Shown piece after piece: positions 1 through 8,610 of a stretch of DNA of 64,000 nt (positions within the stretch are counted from its first letter, which is position 1; the number at the start of each line of letters is the position of its first letter). Where the stretch lies: positions 51,564-115,563 of the forward strand of contig JANXZO010000075.1 of the NCBI GenBank assembly GCA_025355465.1, given 5' to 3'. This DNA comes from Bacteroidales bacterium. GTDB taxonomy: Bacteria > Bacteroidota > Bacteroidia > Bacteroidales > FEN-979. The position numbers and the translations under genes are program-made. The notes below the pieces were generated by a model. That model was not told where the DNA came from. It did no database searches and was given only the letters and a program-made list of their open reading frames with translations.

Positions 1-1038
1 AACCTGAAATATTTTATCGAAAACAGCGGTGAAAACACACTGTTCCTGATCGATGAACTGGGCACAGGAACAGATCCCTCGCTGGGGGGTGCTATCGCGG
101 AGGCAACACTTGAGGCGCTCAACGCGAAACATGCCTGCGGGGTGGTAACCACACACTATTCCAATCTTAAGCTGCTGGCTTCACGGGAACCGGGCATTGC
201 CAACGGGGCCATGCTTTTTGACCTTAAACGGTTGAAGCCGCTCTACAAACTGATCAGCGGAAACCCCGGCAGCTCCTTTGCACTTGAGATCGCGAGGGAA
301 ATCGGCTTCCCGGAGGAGGTCCTGGATGAGGCTCAGAAAAAGACCGGGAAGAGCCAGCTCGATTTCGACCGCGAACTGCAGAACCTGGAGGTTGAAAAGG
401 GAGAGGTCGAGAAAAAATCGACGGAATTAAGAGTAGCAGACGATTTTTTAGGAGAGTTGATTTCGAAATATCAGAAGCTGACCGCCGATCTCGAAACCTC
501 CAAAAAGGAGATTCTTGCCAATGCGCGCCGGGAGGCCAAAGACATCCTCGATAATTCAAACAGACTCATCGAAAAAACCATCCGGGAGATCAAGGAGGCC
601 CAGGCCGAAAAAACGAAAACCAAAGAGATCCGCGCAAATCTCCTGGAAGAAAAACAGAGACTTATACCCGGCGACCCGGATTTAAATCCACCGGCTCCGC
701 AGGTTCAAACCATCTCCATTAATTCTTCAGAAAACCGTCCGGTGCGTCATGCCTATGCCGGCTTCCTGGCCGACCTGCAGGCAAAGCACGAGGGTTTCCG
801 GCTCACGCTCGACCTTCGCGGAAAGCGCGTGGATGAAGCCCTTTCGATTCTACAGCGGTATATCGACGATGCCATCCTGCTTTCGATGAGCGAGGTTCGG
901 ATCCTGCATGGGAAAGGCAATGGGGTGCTGCGACAGGTAACGCGCGATTATCTGCATTCGCAAAAAGAGGTAAAATCAGCCCGCGATGAAAACCTCGAAC
1001 AGGGTGGAGCCGGTATAACAATCGTCAATTTTAAATAG
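1..1038 (+). CDS. mutS2: MutS2 family endonuclease, C-terminal part (5' truncated by window edge)
   Basis: LFLIDELGTGTDP Walker B region at window start, VTTHY motif, G.PG.SFALEIA, coiled coil, C-terminal Smr domain (LDLRG...ILHGKGNGVLR). Confidence 0.92.
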   Translation, partial: NLKYFIENSGENTLFLIDELGTGTDPSLGGAIAEATLEALNAKHACGVVTTHYSNLKLLASREPGIANGAMLFDLKRLKPLYKLISGNPGSSFALEIAREIGFPEEVLDEAQKKTGKSQLDFDRELQNLEVEKGEVEKKSTELRVADDFLGELISKYQKLTADLETSKKEILANARREAKDILDNSNRLIEKTIREIKEAQAEKTKTKEIRANLLEEKQRLIPGDPDLNPPAPQVQTISINSSENRPVRHAYAGFLADLQAKHEGFRLTLDLRGKRVDEALSILQRYIDDAILLSMSEVRILHGKGNGVLRQVTRDYLHSQKEVKSARDENLEQGGAGITIVNFK

Positions 1039-1101
1039 CAGATAATCCAAATTTTATTATTTTTACCCCGGATATATTCATAATTAACCAATATCAGTAT
1101 C

Positions 1102-1434
1102 ATGAAAGCGATAAAATTTAATGAATCCGAGCTCGAATTCTTGAGAAATCATTACGAGATGGAATTAGTCGATGCCGAAAATTACATCGACGACATTAAA
1201 GGGATTCTGAAAAAATTGGGTGTTATTTCGAAAGAGGTTGCTGCCGAAAAGCCTGTAAAAGCCACTAAGAAACGTGGACGCCCCAAGCAGGAAAAGCAAG
1301 TTGTAAAAGTCGAAAAGATTGCTGAGAAAAAGGAGAAGCCGGCAAAAAAAGCAGTTAAAAAAGCCGCTCCGAAAAAGAAAGCCAAGGCAGTTTCAGTACC
1401 TGCTCCTGCAGTGAGTACGCCTAAGGCTGTCTGA
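1102..1434 (+). CDS. Small basic protein with AT-hook-like motif and Lys/Ala-rich histone H1-like tail
   Basis: Acidic helical N-terminus, KKRGRPK, then repeated AKK/KKA tail; AT-rich upstream region. Confidence 0.6.
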   Translation: MKAIKFNESELEFLRNHYEMELVDAENYIDDIKGILKKLGVISKEVAAEKPVKATKKRGRPKQEKQVVKVEKIAEKKEKPAKKAVKKAAPKKKAKAVSVPAPAVSTPKAV

Positions 1435-2191
1435 TACAAAAAACTTCACTCTCTTCATACCTCGATGCAATTGCGATCCGGGTGCCATTGGCATGCCTGC
1501 TGAAGAGTTCATGAACCAGCCGCGGATCGTTGTTCTCTGCCGATAGATGGGAGAGAACCAGGAACTGCATACCGGGGCGCCTGTGGGTGGTGAACAGATC
1601 CAGCGCCTGGTCGTTTGAAAGGTGTCCCTCCATGCTGCGGATCCGTCGTTTCAGGTAAATCGGGTAATGTCCCGTCTCCAGCATCTCCTCGTCGTAGTTG
1701 GCCTCCAGAAAGGCGGCATGGCACTGACCCAGATGGTGTGCCAGGTGTTCGCAAACAGTGCCAATATCCGTAAACACCCCAACGGTAATATCGTTTCCGC
1801 TCACCGTAAAGCTATGCGGCTCCGAGGCATCGTGAAACTTGGGAAAGGGAAACACCTGAAGGCACCCGATGCGCACCACCTCCGACGCGCTGAATCCAAC
1901 CATCAGCTGAGGCTCCAGGTTCAGCCGGCTGCCACGGTAAGTGGCCTCTGTAATATAAACCGGTATCCTGTATTTCCGCGACAACACCTCGGCGCCCCGC
2001 GTGTGGTCGGTGTGCTCATGGGTGATGAAAATCGCTTTTATCTTTTTGATCGACAACCCCATCCTTATCATCCGTCGCTCCGTTTCGCGGCAGGAGATGC
2101 CGGCATCAACAAGCACTGCCTCGTGTTCATTGCCAATGTAATAGCAATTACCGTTGCTTCCGGAGTTGAGCGAGGCGAAATATAGGGACAT
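1421..2191 (-). CDS. MBL-fold metallo-hydrolase (YycJ/WalJ-like)
   Basis: SGSNGNCYY, VDAG, THEHTDH, HDA, TDIG, EANYD, GHLSN, HLS..NN motifs; likely start ATG 2191. Confidence 0.9.
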   Translation of the reverse strand: MSLYFASLNSGSNGNCYYIGNEHEAVLVDAGISCRETERRMIRMGLSIKKIKAIFITHEHTDHTRGAEVLSRKYRIPVYITEATYRGSRLNLEPQLMVGFSASEVVRIGCLQVFPFPKFHDASEPHSFTVSGNDITVGVFTDIGTVCEHLAHHLGQCHAAFLEANYDEEMLETGHYPIYLKRRIRSMEGHLSNDQALDLFTTHRRPGMQFLVLSHLSAENNDPRLVHELFSRHANGTRIAIASRYEESEVFCIRQP

Positions 2192-2222
2192 TTTGCAAAG
2201 AACGAGAAAAAACCTATCTTTG
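2192..2222 (+). promoter_or_regulatory. Bacteroidota housekeeping promoter for the cold-shock gene
   Basis: TTTG (2192-2195), 19 nt, TATCTTTG (2215-2222), matching -33/-7 consensus TTTG-N19-21-TAnnTTTG. Confidence 0.7.
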
Positions 2223-2261
2223 CAAAGACAGCTTACTGCAGTTCCACCCAAATACCCCTTC

Positions 2262-2702
2262 ATGGCGAGTTCACAAGAGACTTTCAACAAACGTGACAAA
2301 GAGAAAAAAAGATTAAAAAAGCGACTCGACAAAGAGCAGAAAACTGCCGAGCGTAAAGCAAATTCACAAGGGGGAGGCAACATGATCGCCTATGTGGATG
2401 AATACGGGCAGATCACCGATACACCCCCCAATCCGGCCAACCGCAAAAAAGTAGATGCAGGCAGCATTGAAATCGGAGTCCCCAAACGCGAAAAGTTAGA
2501 GGCCATGGCCGTACGCACCGGAAAGGTTGAATTTTTCAACTCCGCCAAGGGGTTTGGATTTATCAAAGAGAACGACACCCAGGAGAAATTCTTCGTTCAC
2601 GTAAACAGCCTCACCGAGGAGATCAGGGAAAACGATACGGTAACTTTTGAGATCGAACGTGGTTTTAAAGGCATGAGTGCCGTACGCGTCAAAAAGATCT
2701 GA
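2262..2702 (+). CDS. Cold-shock domain protein with Bacteroidota-type N-terminal extension
   Basis: MASSQETFNK...AYVDEYG...TPP extension, then GKVEFFN..KGFGFI (RNP1), FFVH (RNP2). Confidence 0.92.
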   Translation: MASSQETFNKRDKEKKRLKKRLDKEQKTAERKANSQGGGNMIAYVDEYGQITDTPPNPANRKKVDAGSIEIGVPKREKLEAMAVRTGKVEFFNSAKGFGFIKENDTQEKFFVHVNSLTEEIRENDTVTFEIERGFKGMSAVRVKKI

Positions 2703-2797
2703 ACCGGCACACATACCTGTAACATATCCTGAAACATTTCTGTCCCTACGGGTGGGAAACCAACCAAACGATATTCAGGTTCTTGGTATCTTTGCAC

Positions 2798-3601
2798 ATG
2801 GAAAAAATTGTCTGGTGCCTCTTGCTTATCTCCTCCCTGTTCAATGATGAAGTTTTCGGACAACGGCTCAAAGGAAAAGTGATCTCTTACAAAGACTCCT
2901 ACTATCTCGCCGTTGAAAAATACGGAGCCATAAAAAAGGGAGATAAGCTGGATGACGAAATATACCACGATCAGCAGGTAATGCTTGATCAGACCGGAAA
3001 CATCACGGATGTGATCGATTACAATGCCGACGGTACAATAGACTGCCAGTATAAGGGCAGATACGACTTTGCGGATAACAATTTTGAATCCGTTTACATC
3101 CGTTTTTACCCCGAAAAAACAATCGACAGAAAACCATTCATCCTGGGTTCTGTCAACTACAGCCTGGGAAAAATGGCGGAGATGAATTACAAAACCGATA
3201 CCGCCGGCCGGCCGGTTGAGGAGATCATTACCGATGTTTCCGGAAACATACTGTATAAAATTGAGATCAAAAGGAATGCCGCCGGAAACGTGTATGAAGA
3301 GGATTTTTCCGACGGATCGGATTTTCACTATAAATACGATAGCCACGGCAACCGTACAGAGTGGATGTCGCACTCAGGCGGCGACACCACAAGGGCCAAG
3401 ATCAGCTATGATGAGATGGGGAACATTGCTGAAATTAACAAGGATAACTACTTCAAATCCAAGTTCAGATTTCATTATGATGACTTCAGGTATAAATATA
3501 AGTACGATGACCAGGGAAACTGGATCGAACGGATAGATTACCACAATGGGAAGGCCTTAAGAATCGTTCAGCGATCGATTGAGTATAAAAAGGAGGAATA
3601 A
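2798..3601 (+). CDS. Exported YD-repeat-like hypothetical protein
   Basis: Signal peptide; repeated YKYD.HGN/YDEMGN/YKYDDQGNW motifs; ends R.IEY. Confidence 0.7.
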   Translation: MEKIVWCLLLISSLFNDEVFGQRLKGKVISYKDSYYLAVEKYGAIKKGDKLDDEIYHDQQVMLDQTGNITDVIDYNADGTIDCQYKGRYDFADNNFESVYIRFYPEKTIDRKPFILGSVNYSLGKMAEMNYKTDTAGRPVEEIITDVSGNILYKIEIKRNAAGNVYEEDFSDGSDFHYKYDSHGNRTEWMSHSGGDTTRAKISYDEMGNIAEINKDNYFKSKFRFHYDDFRYKYKYDDQGNWIERIDYHNGKALRIVQRSIEYKKEE

Positions 3602-3625
3602 CCGGAAGCCGGCCTCATAAAATCC

Positions 3626-4918
3626 TTACTGCCTCTTGTAAGTCCGCTCTCCGTGACAGCCCGGAGCACAGGAACCACCGTTTTGAAGCACCATGAACCG
3701 AATGGGCATCTCCCATTTCCCGTAAATGACCTTTTCTGCGATGAGGTAGGGGTTCTGCGACCCGTGTACGTTATGGCAGTTGCTGCAGTTCCTGTTTTTG
3801 CTTCCCTGGATATGAAGGTAGTGGAGATTCTGTAACCCGTTCCGGAACCCGGTCGCCGTTTCGCTTGTCTGCTGCATGAGCAACGAGGAGTTGTGACAAT
3901 TGAAACAGAGCGGAAAACTCTCCTTTTTATCTGTTGCATAACCGCCTACAGGATACGAGCCGGAAAGGATGGGATGATTGTTTGAGCCATGCGGAATATG
4001 GCAGGATGAGCAGTTCATTTTGGCGATCTTGCCATGGGTATAAGGGCTGTTTTGCAAGAGCTGCCGGATGTTGATCATGGGTTTGTTCTCGGCAGAAACA
4101 GACTTGTTGTGACAGGTAATACAAACTTTTTCCTCCTCTGCGATCAGCAGATTTTTCTCGGCTGATGCATGGGGCGAGTGACAGTTCATACAATTCTTTT
4201 TTACCTTCATCCCCGGATGTGTATGGGTAGATTCGGTAGCTACCGTCATCACATCTTCATGGCAGCCGGCGCAGAGATCCGGGGTCTTTTCCCGAAGCAG
4301 GCGAGGTTCGTCGGAGCTGTGGCCATTATGACAAATCATGCAATTGCGTTGAAAAGGGGCATGCACGGTTAGGGACTCGGTGAGTTGTTTTTGCTGCTCG
4401 TGACAGGTGAAACAGAGGGACGAGTTATCCGATTTCAGAAGTTTCTTGTAGTCGCTTTCGTGTGTGTCATGACAAGCCTGGCAGTTGCCATCGATAACTG
4501 CCTTGTGCTGCGATTTCTTACCGGTCATGTCTACATCATGACATTCAAGGCAGAGGGTGGCTTTGGGGTATTTCAGCAACTTCTCATTGTCGCTGCTGTG
4601 CGCCTCATGGCATCCGAGACATTTGCCTTTCGCAACGGGGGGATGCAGATTCTTTTTCTCATAGGTGTCGTGGCACTGGTAACAAAGCGCCGGCATCTCT
4701 TCCACGAACTTAAATCCCTTAACCCCTGTTGAAGGATGCTGCAACCCATTCGACTCGTGGCAGCTTCCACACTTTTTGGTGGCGGCATGTTTGTTTAGCT
4801 TCTCCAGCACCACGGCGTGGCATTCCAAACAGTTCTCTGCGCCCGGCGCCGGCAGAAAGCCCGTATTCAGGATGGTAAGGGTAGCCAGAAGAAGCAGCAC
4901 AAGCAAGGGTAGTCTCAT
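3626..4918 (-). CDS. Periplasmic multiheme cytochrome c (14 CxxCH + 1 CxxxCH; Geobacter paired-CxxCH type)
   Basis: Signal peptide; CLECH, CGSCH, CYQCH, CLGCH, CLECH, CQACH, CFTCH, CMICH, CAGCH, CMNCH, CITCH, CSSCH, CFNCH, CSNCH, terminal CAPGCH; H.P...CxxCH..H.S...LL...LCxxCH repeats. Confidence 0.95.
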   Translation of the reverse strand: MRLPLLVLLLLATLTILNTGFLPAPGAENCLECHAVVLEKLNKHAATKKCGSCHESNGLQHPSTGVKGFKFVEEMPALCYQCHDTYEKKNLHPPVAKGKCLGCHEAHSSDNEKLLKYPKATLCLECHDVDMTGKKSQHKAVIDGNCQACHDTHESDYKKLLKSDNSSLCFTCHEQQKQLTESLTVHAPFQRNCMICHNGHSSDEPRLLREKTPDLCAGCHEDVMTVATESTHTHPGMKVKKNCMNCHSPHASAEKNLLIAEEEKVCITCHNKSVSAENKPMINIRQLLQNSPYTHGKIAKMNCSSCHIPHGSNNHPILSGSYPVGGYATDKKESFPLCFNCHNSSLLMQQTSETATGFRNGLQNLHYLHIQGSKNRNCSNCHNVHGSQNPYLIAEKVIYGKWEMPIRFMVLQNGGSCAPGCHGERTYKRQ

Positions 4919-6882
4919 TTTCGGTGCCAGTTAAAGTTTCGCACGATCTGAACAAATCCTCCGATAAAGTTAGTCTTTTCATGCAGGTAATCGCGTTCAT
5001 ACAGGTTTAAACCAACCTTTACATACATCTGACGGAACAGAAGGGTGTACTGTGCACGTGCCGTGAGCAGGTCGAGGTCGATCTGCTGGCCTACCTGCTT
5101 GCGGTAAGCAATTTCGAGTGAAATGTTACTTTGCGGGTTGAACTGGAATCCAATGTTTCCGATCACATCGATGAACTGCTGCCGTGTGTTGTCGGCGGTG
5201 AGGGTGTAATCCCGCATGGTTCCGTTCAGCGAATAGGTGATCTTGTTAATGATACTGCCCTGTGCCTGCAGCCAGTACCGCATCAGGCGGTAGGGAACAA
5301 TGGTGCTGGCATAATTTTCATATTCAACCCCGCCGCTCAGGAACTTGTACTCCAGCCTGAATCCAAGGGTGGTCTGGGTAAAGTAGTTCAGCGTGAGGTA
5401 ATCGGTAACCTGCAGGTTTGCATACCCCTGGTTGGCCCATTTAGCATAGACCTCTGCCAGGCGACTGAAAAGTGAAACGCTGGCGCTTACCGACTGGAAA
5501 TTCACGTCATATTTATAGGTGCCCGGGAGCATGGCGATATAGTCAACAAACACGGCGGATTTGTCGGGGATCTGTCCGCCCGGCACACGCTGGATCTCCA
5601 GGTGGTTGTTGTGCGGTAACAGCAGGTAGTCGAAATTGAGCTGATAGATGATGGTCCCGGTAACGTCTCTCACCACCACCGTGCTGATGTCGATATAGGC
5701 CTTATCCAGGAGAATAAGTTGTCCGTCAGTCAAAACATGCTGTTCATGTACCACAGGCATCGGAACCTCATCGCTGGTGTGGTTCTGGCGTTGCCAGTTA
5801 TAGGCGTAACCCAGCATAAGCCTCCCTTTTAACCAGATCTGTTTTTCGTAGGTAATATCGATCCCGGCCCGGGGATTATCCTCGCTGTAAAAAGTATGGC
5901 GGATGCGGTTGTACTCAAGGGTTAGTCCGGAACGGAGGCTCTCATACAGCTGGTGACGCAGCGTTACCCGCGCGGCATTCTGATTGAGGGTTTGCGACAC
6001 CCTTGTGTAATCAAGGAAGTTATAGCTCGTGCTGAGCGTGAAACGTTTCGGCAGGTTCAGGTTAAGGCTCTCATCCACCTGGAACCTCCGGAATGCATCG
6101 GAACCATACTGATCAATACCGGTGATGGAAGAGACAAAGTTATAGTTTCGTTTTTTATCAAAAAAGATGTTGTTGATCAGACTCAGGTTATCGGAGATGT
6201 TCCGGGTGGTGGCAATATTCGCATCCTCCCGGGTATAATCATTGCGGGTGTAAACTAGTTGACTGTTGTCGTAAGCAGTGAATGATTTGTCGATGCGTGC
6301 CTGGAGGTTCTTTTGAAGGGTGAGAAAGGTACGGCCGGTGGCGATCTCCGTCTCATACCACTTTCCCTGCAGGTAGGAGGCCTGAAAAGGAACGATCTTG
6401 TTTGACCATGAAAAGTTTCCGCCGAAATTCACCGTGTTTGAACGAATGTTCGACAGGTTCTCCCGGTTGGCGTAAACATCGTTGTAATTGAAAAAGAAAT
6501 TGAAATTGAAGGGTTTCTGGCGGAATAAGGTAATGTTGGCATCCAGTTTTTTCATGGTCACCACTTCGGCCTGGTCGGGGATAACAAGAAAAAGATCCTT
6601 GCCGATGGTAGGGTTGAATTCACCGCCCAGATCGAGGGAGATGAAATTCGGCGTAAAGAAATAACTGCTGGTGTTAAGCAGGATTCCCCCATAAAAACGG
6701 GAGCTTTTCTGGTAGTTGTAGATTTCATTGGAATAGCCTGCCTGGTAACGGTAATCGGCGCCAAGTTTTACGGCTCCGTTTACACTTTGCAGAGCCCAGA
6801 ATCTGCGCGAAACGGAATAGTCATCGGAGTAACCGAGTAACGGCAGAAGCATCAGAATGCATATGATACGCAATCCTTTCAT
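4915..6882 (-). CDS. Outer-membrane beta-barrel protein, putative porin of a porin-cytochrome conduit
   Basis: Signal peptide; Tyr/Asn/Ser-rich alternating amphipathic strands; C-terminal strand GGFVQIVRNF; overlaps or abuts cytochrome genes on both sides. Confidence 0.8.
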   Translation of the reverse strand: MKGLRIICILMLLPLLGYSDDYSVSRRFWALQSVNGAVKLGADYRYQAGYSNEIYNYQKSSRFYGGILLNTSSYFFTPNFISLDLGGEFNPTIGKDLFLVIPDQAEVVTMKKLDANITLFRQKPFNFNFFFNYNDVYANRENLSNIRSNTVNFGGNFSWSNKIVPFQASYLQGKWYETEIATGRTFLTLQKNLQARIDKSFTAYDNSQLVYTRNDYTREDANIATTRNISDNLSLINNIFFDKKRNYNFVSSITGIDQYGSDAFRRFQVDESLNLNLPKRFTLSTSYNFLDYTRVSQTLNQNAARVTLRHQLYESLRSGLTLEYNRIRHTFYSEDNPRAGIDITYEKQIWLKGRLMLGYAYNWQRQNHTSDEVPMPVVHEQHVLTDGQLILLDKAYIDISTVVVRDVTGTIIYQLNFDYLLLPHNNHLEIQRVPGGQIPDKSAVFVDYIAMLPGTYKYDVNFQSVSASVSLFSRLAEVYAKWANQGYANLQVTDYLTLNYFTQTTLGFRLEYKFLSGGVEYENYASTIVPYRLMRYWLQAQGSIINKITYSLNGTMRDYTLTADNTRQQFIDVIGNIGFQFNPQSNISLEIAYRKQVGQQIDLDLLTARAQYTLLFRQMYVKVGLNLYERDYLHEKTNFIGGFVQIVRNFNWHRK

Positions 6883-6883
6883 C

Positions 6884-7450
6884 CTATTCCTTTTCTGTTA
6901 GAAAATATTTGTTGTTGCCGCCATGCGGATTGTGGCACGTCGTACAGGCTGTAGTTCCGAGTTTTTCATGGGCCGGAGTAACGGTCACCCGCGAAGGTTC
7001 ATGGCAGTAATAACACAGCTCCTGGCTGGTGCGTAAAAGCAGCTTCGGATTTTCTGCCGTATGCGGGTTGTGGCAGGCTGTGCAACTTCCGGAGGCTGCC
7101 GGTCCGTGCCCGAATTTGAATTCAAAGACATCGTGACACTGGAAACACAAGCCGGGCATTGGTTCCGTCAGTTTTCCTTTTCTTCCCTGATCGTGGCAAA
7201 GTCCACATTTTTTATTGGCGAACGGGGGATGAGAGGAGTGTTTTGTCGCAGCGGCTACAGCGGCCAGCTCCTGCAATACAATACTGTCTGTTTTTTTTCC
7301 GTTTTGTTTGGCAACCATCCTCAATGAATCATACTCGGGAGGCACTCCGTCGAAAAACACCGTAAGCGTCTTGTGTGAACATCCCAGCAGAAAGGATATC
7401 AGAATCACCATCAGGGAAAAGACGATATTCTTTTTTACAGGGGTCATCAC
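6884..7450 (-). CDS. Pentaheme cytochrome c lipoprotein
   Basis: Lipobox FLLGC, FFDGVP segment, CGLCH, CFQCH, CTACH, CYYCH, CTTCH. Confidence 0.92.
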   Translation of the reverse strand: MMTPVKKNIVFSLMVILISFLLGCSHKTLTVFFDGVPPEYDSLRMVAKQNGKKTDSIVLQELAAVAAATKHSSHPPFANKKCGLCHDQGRKGKLTEPMPGLCFQCHDVFEFKFGHGPAASGSCTACHNPHTAENPKLLLRTSQELCYYCHEPSRVTVTPAHEKLGTTACTTCHNPHGGNNKYFLTEKE

Positions 7451-7456
7451 ACTATG

Positions 7457-8527
7457 CTATTTAGGCAAGATTGAACCGTACACATTGACCTTGTCCGGGC
7501 CATACTGGTTGGTTACAAAAATCAGGTAGTTCAGTTTGTACGCAGGATCTACATATTTCTGGAAATACTTCAGGTCATCGTAATCGATTTCGATATGCGC
7601 AGGAAGCCACATGTCGCCGGGGCCTTTATAGGGTCCGCCGAAGAATAAAAGTACCCTGCCCTCACGATCGAAAATCTGCGTATTCTCAAAGCTTGCGTCA
7701 ACCACATAAAGATTTTCCTCCTTGTCGACGGAAATGCCTTTGGGGCGCACAAACTGCCCGGGGCTTGTACCATTGCTTCCGATCGAGCGGAGAAAGTTTC
7801 CTTCGAGGTCGTATACTTTTACCTTGAAGTCGCCAATATCGCTTACATAAACTTTCCCATTGGCAACATAAAGGTTGGCAGGAGAATAGAGGAACCCCGG
7901 CTCGCCCAGTTCCACCCCGGGCAGGGTTTGAAGAAGCGCGTAGGTCTCTTTGCTATACACAAGCACATTGTTGTTTTTGATGTTCGCCACCCAGATCTTG
8001 TCGCCCGAAACACAAACATCGGTGGGTTTGAATTTATCAGTTTCGCCAAATGCATTGAGATATTTGCCGTTCTCGTCAAAAACAACCACCTGAAGGCGCA
8101 CGCCGTCGGCCACATAAAGCCTTCCAGCTGCATCCACATCACAGTTTAAAGGGAGTTTCAGCTTCCCGGGGCCCGGCGGATCAAAATACCTGAACGTGTT
8201 TTTTTCAAGGTCAATGATCTCTATAATTCCAAGACCGGTGTCGCAGATATATATTTTGCCTCCGTGAACGGCGATTCCATAAGGTTTTTTGATCGGCTTC
8301 ACCGGGGATTCACCGAAAATAAACCGTTGCATGGCGGTCTGCTTCCCTGCCGTCTTCTCAGAGCTGCTGAAGGCGGTCAGAAATTGTATCCTGGCTGTGT
8401 CGGGCGGAGTCGGATAGATGATCACATCCTTCACAACCGGAATTTTATTCAGTCGCGGAGAACATCCGGCTGCAAAGAGCAGCATGAATACAGACAAAAG
8501 CGATACGATGATAGGTTTTCTATACAT
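7457..8527 (-). CDS. NHL-repeat six-bladed beta-propeller lipoprotein
   Basis: Lipobox FAAGC; YP.PP..ARIQFL start; repeated P.GI.VD...LYV.D NHL units (e.g. GQFVRPKGISVDKEENLYVVD); probable start ATG 8527. Confidence 0.88.
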   Translation of the reverse strand: MYRKPIIVSLLSVFMLLFAAGCSPRLNKIPVVKDVIIYPTPPDTARIQFLTAFSSSEKTAGKQTAMQRFIFGESPVKPIKKPYGIAVHGGKIYICDTGLGIIEIIDLEKNTFRYFDPPGPGKLKLPLNCDVDAAGRLYVADGVRLQVVVFDENGKYLNAFGETDKFKPTDVCVSGDKIWVANIKNNNVLVYSKETYALLQTLPGVELGEPGFLYSPANLYVANGKVYVSDIGDFKVKVYDLEGNFLRSIGSNGTSPGQFVRPKGISVDKEENLYVVDASFENTQIFDREGRVLLFFGGPYKGPGDMWLPAHIEIDYDDLKYFQKYVDPAYKLNYLIFVTNQYGPDKVNVYGSILPK

Positions 8528-8548
8528 GGCGCGGTATTGCAATATGCA

Positions 8549-8588
8549 ATAAAGAGGAGGGGATAAAAGGGGATCCCTTCCTCTTTAT
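8549..8588 (-). terminator. Stem-loop just downstream of the OmcE-like gene (intrinsic terminator or mRNA-stabilising hairpin)
   Basis: ATAAAGAGGAGGGGAT (8549-8564) / ATCCCTTCCTCTTTAT (8573-8588): 16-bp stem, one mismatch, U-rich 3' side on minus strand. Confidence 0.65.
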
Positions 8589-8610
8589 CACCAAAAATCG
8601 GGGCGGTGAA

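Noticed and set aside
2798..3601. RHS/YD polymorphic toxin
   Set aside because: Short, with no RHS core terminus, toxin domain or immunity gene
3626..6882. Calling the conduit MtrA/MtrB
   Set aside because: Heme count (15 vs 10), the pentaheme lipoprotein partner and the barrel insert do not fit; left unnamed
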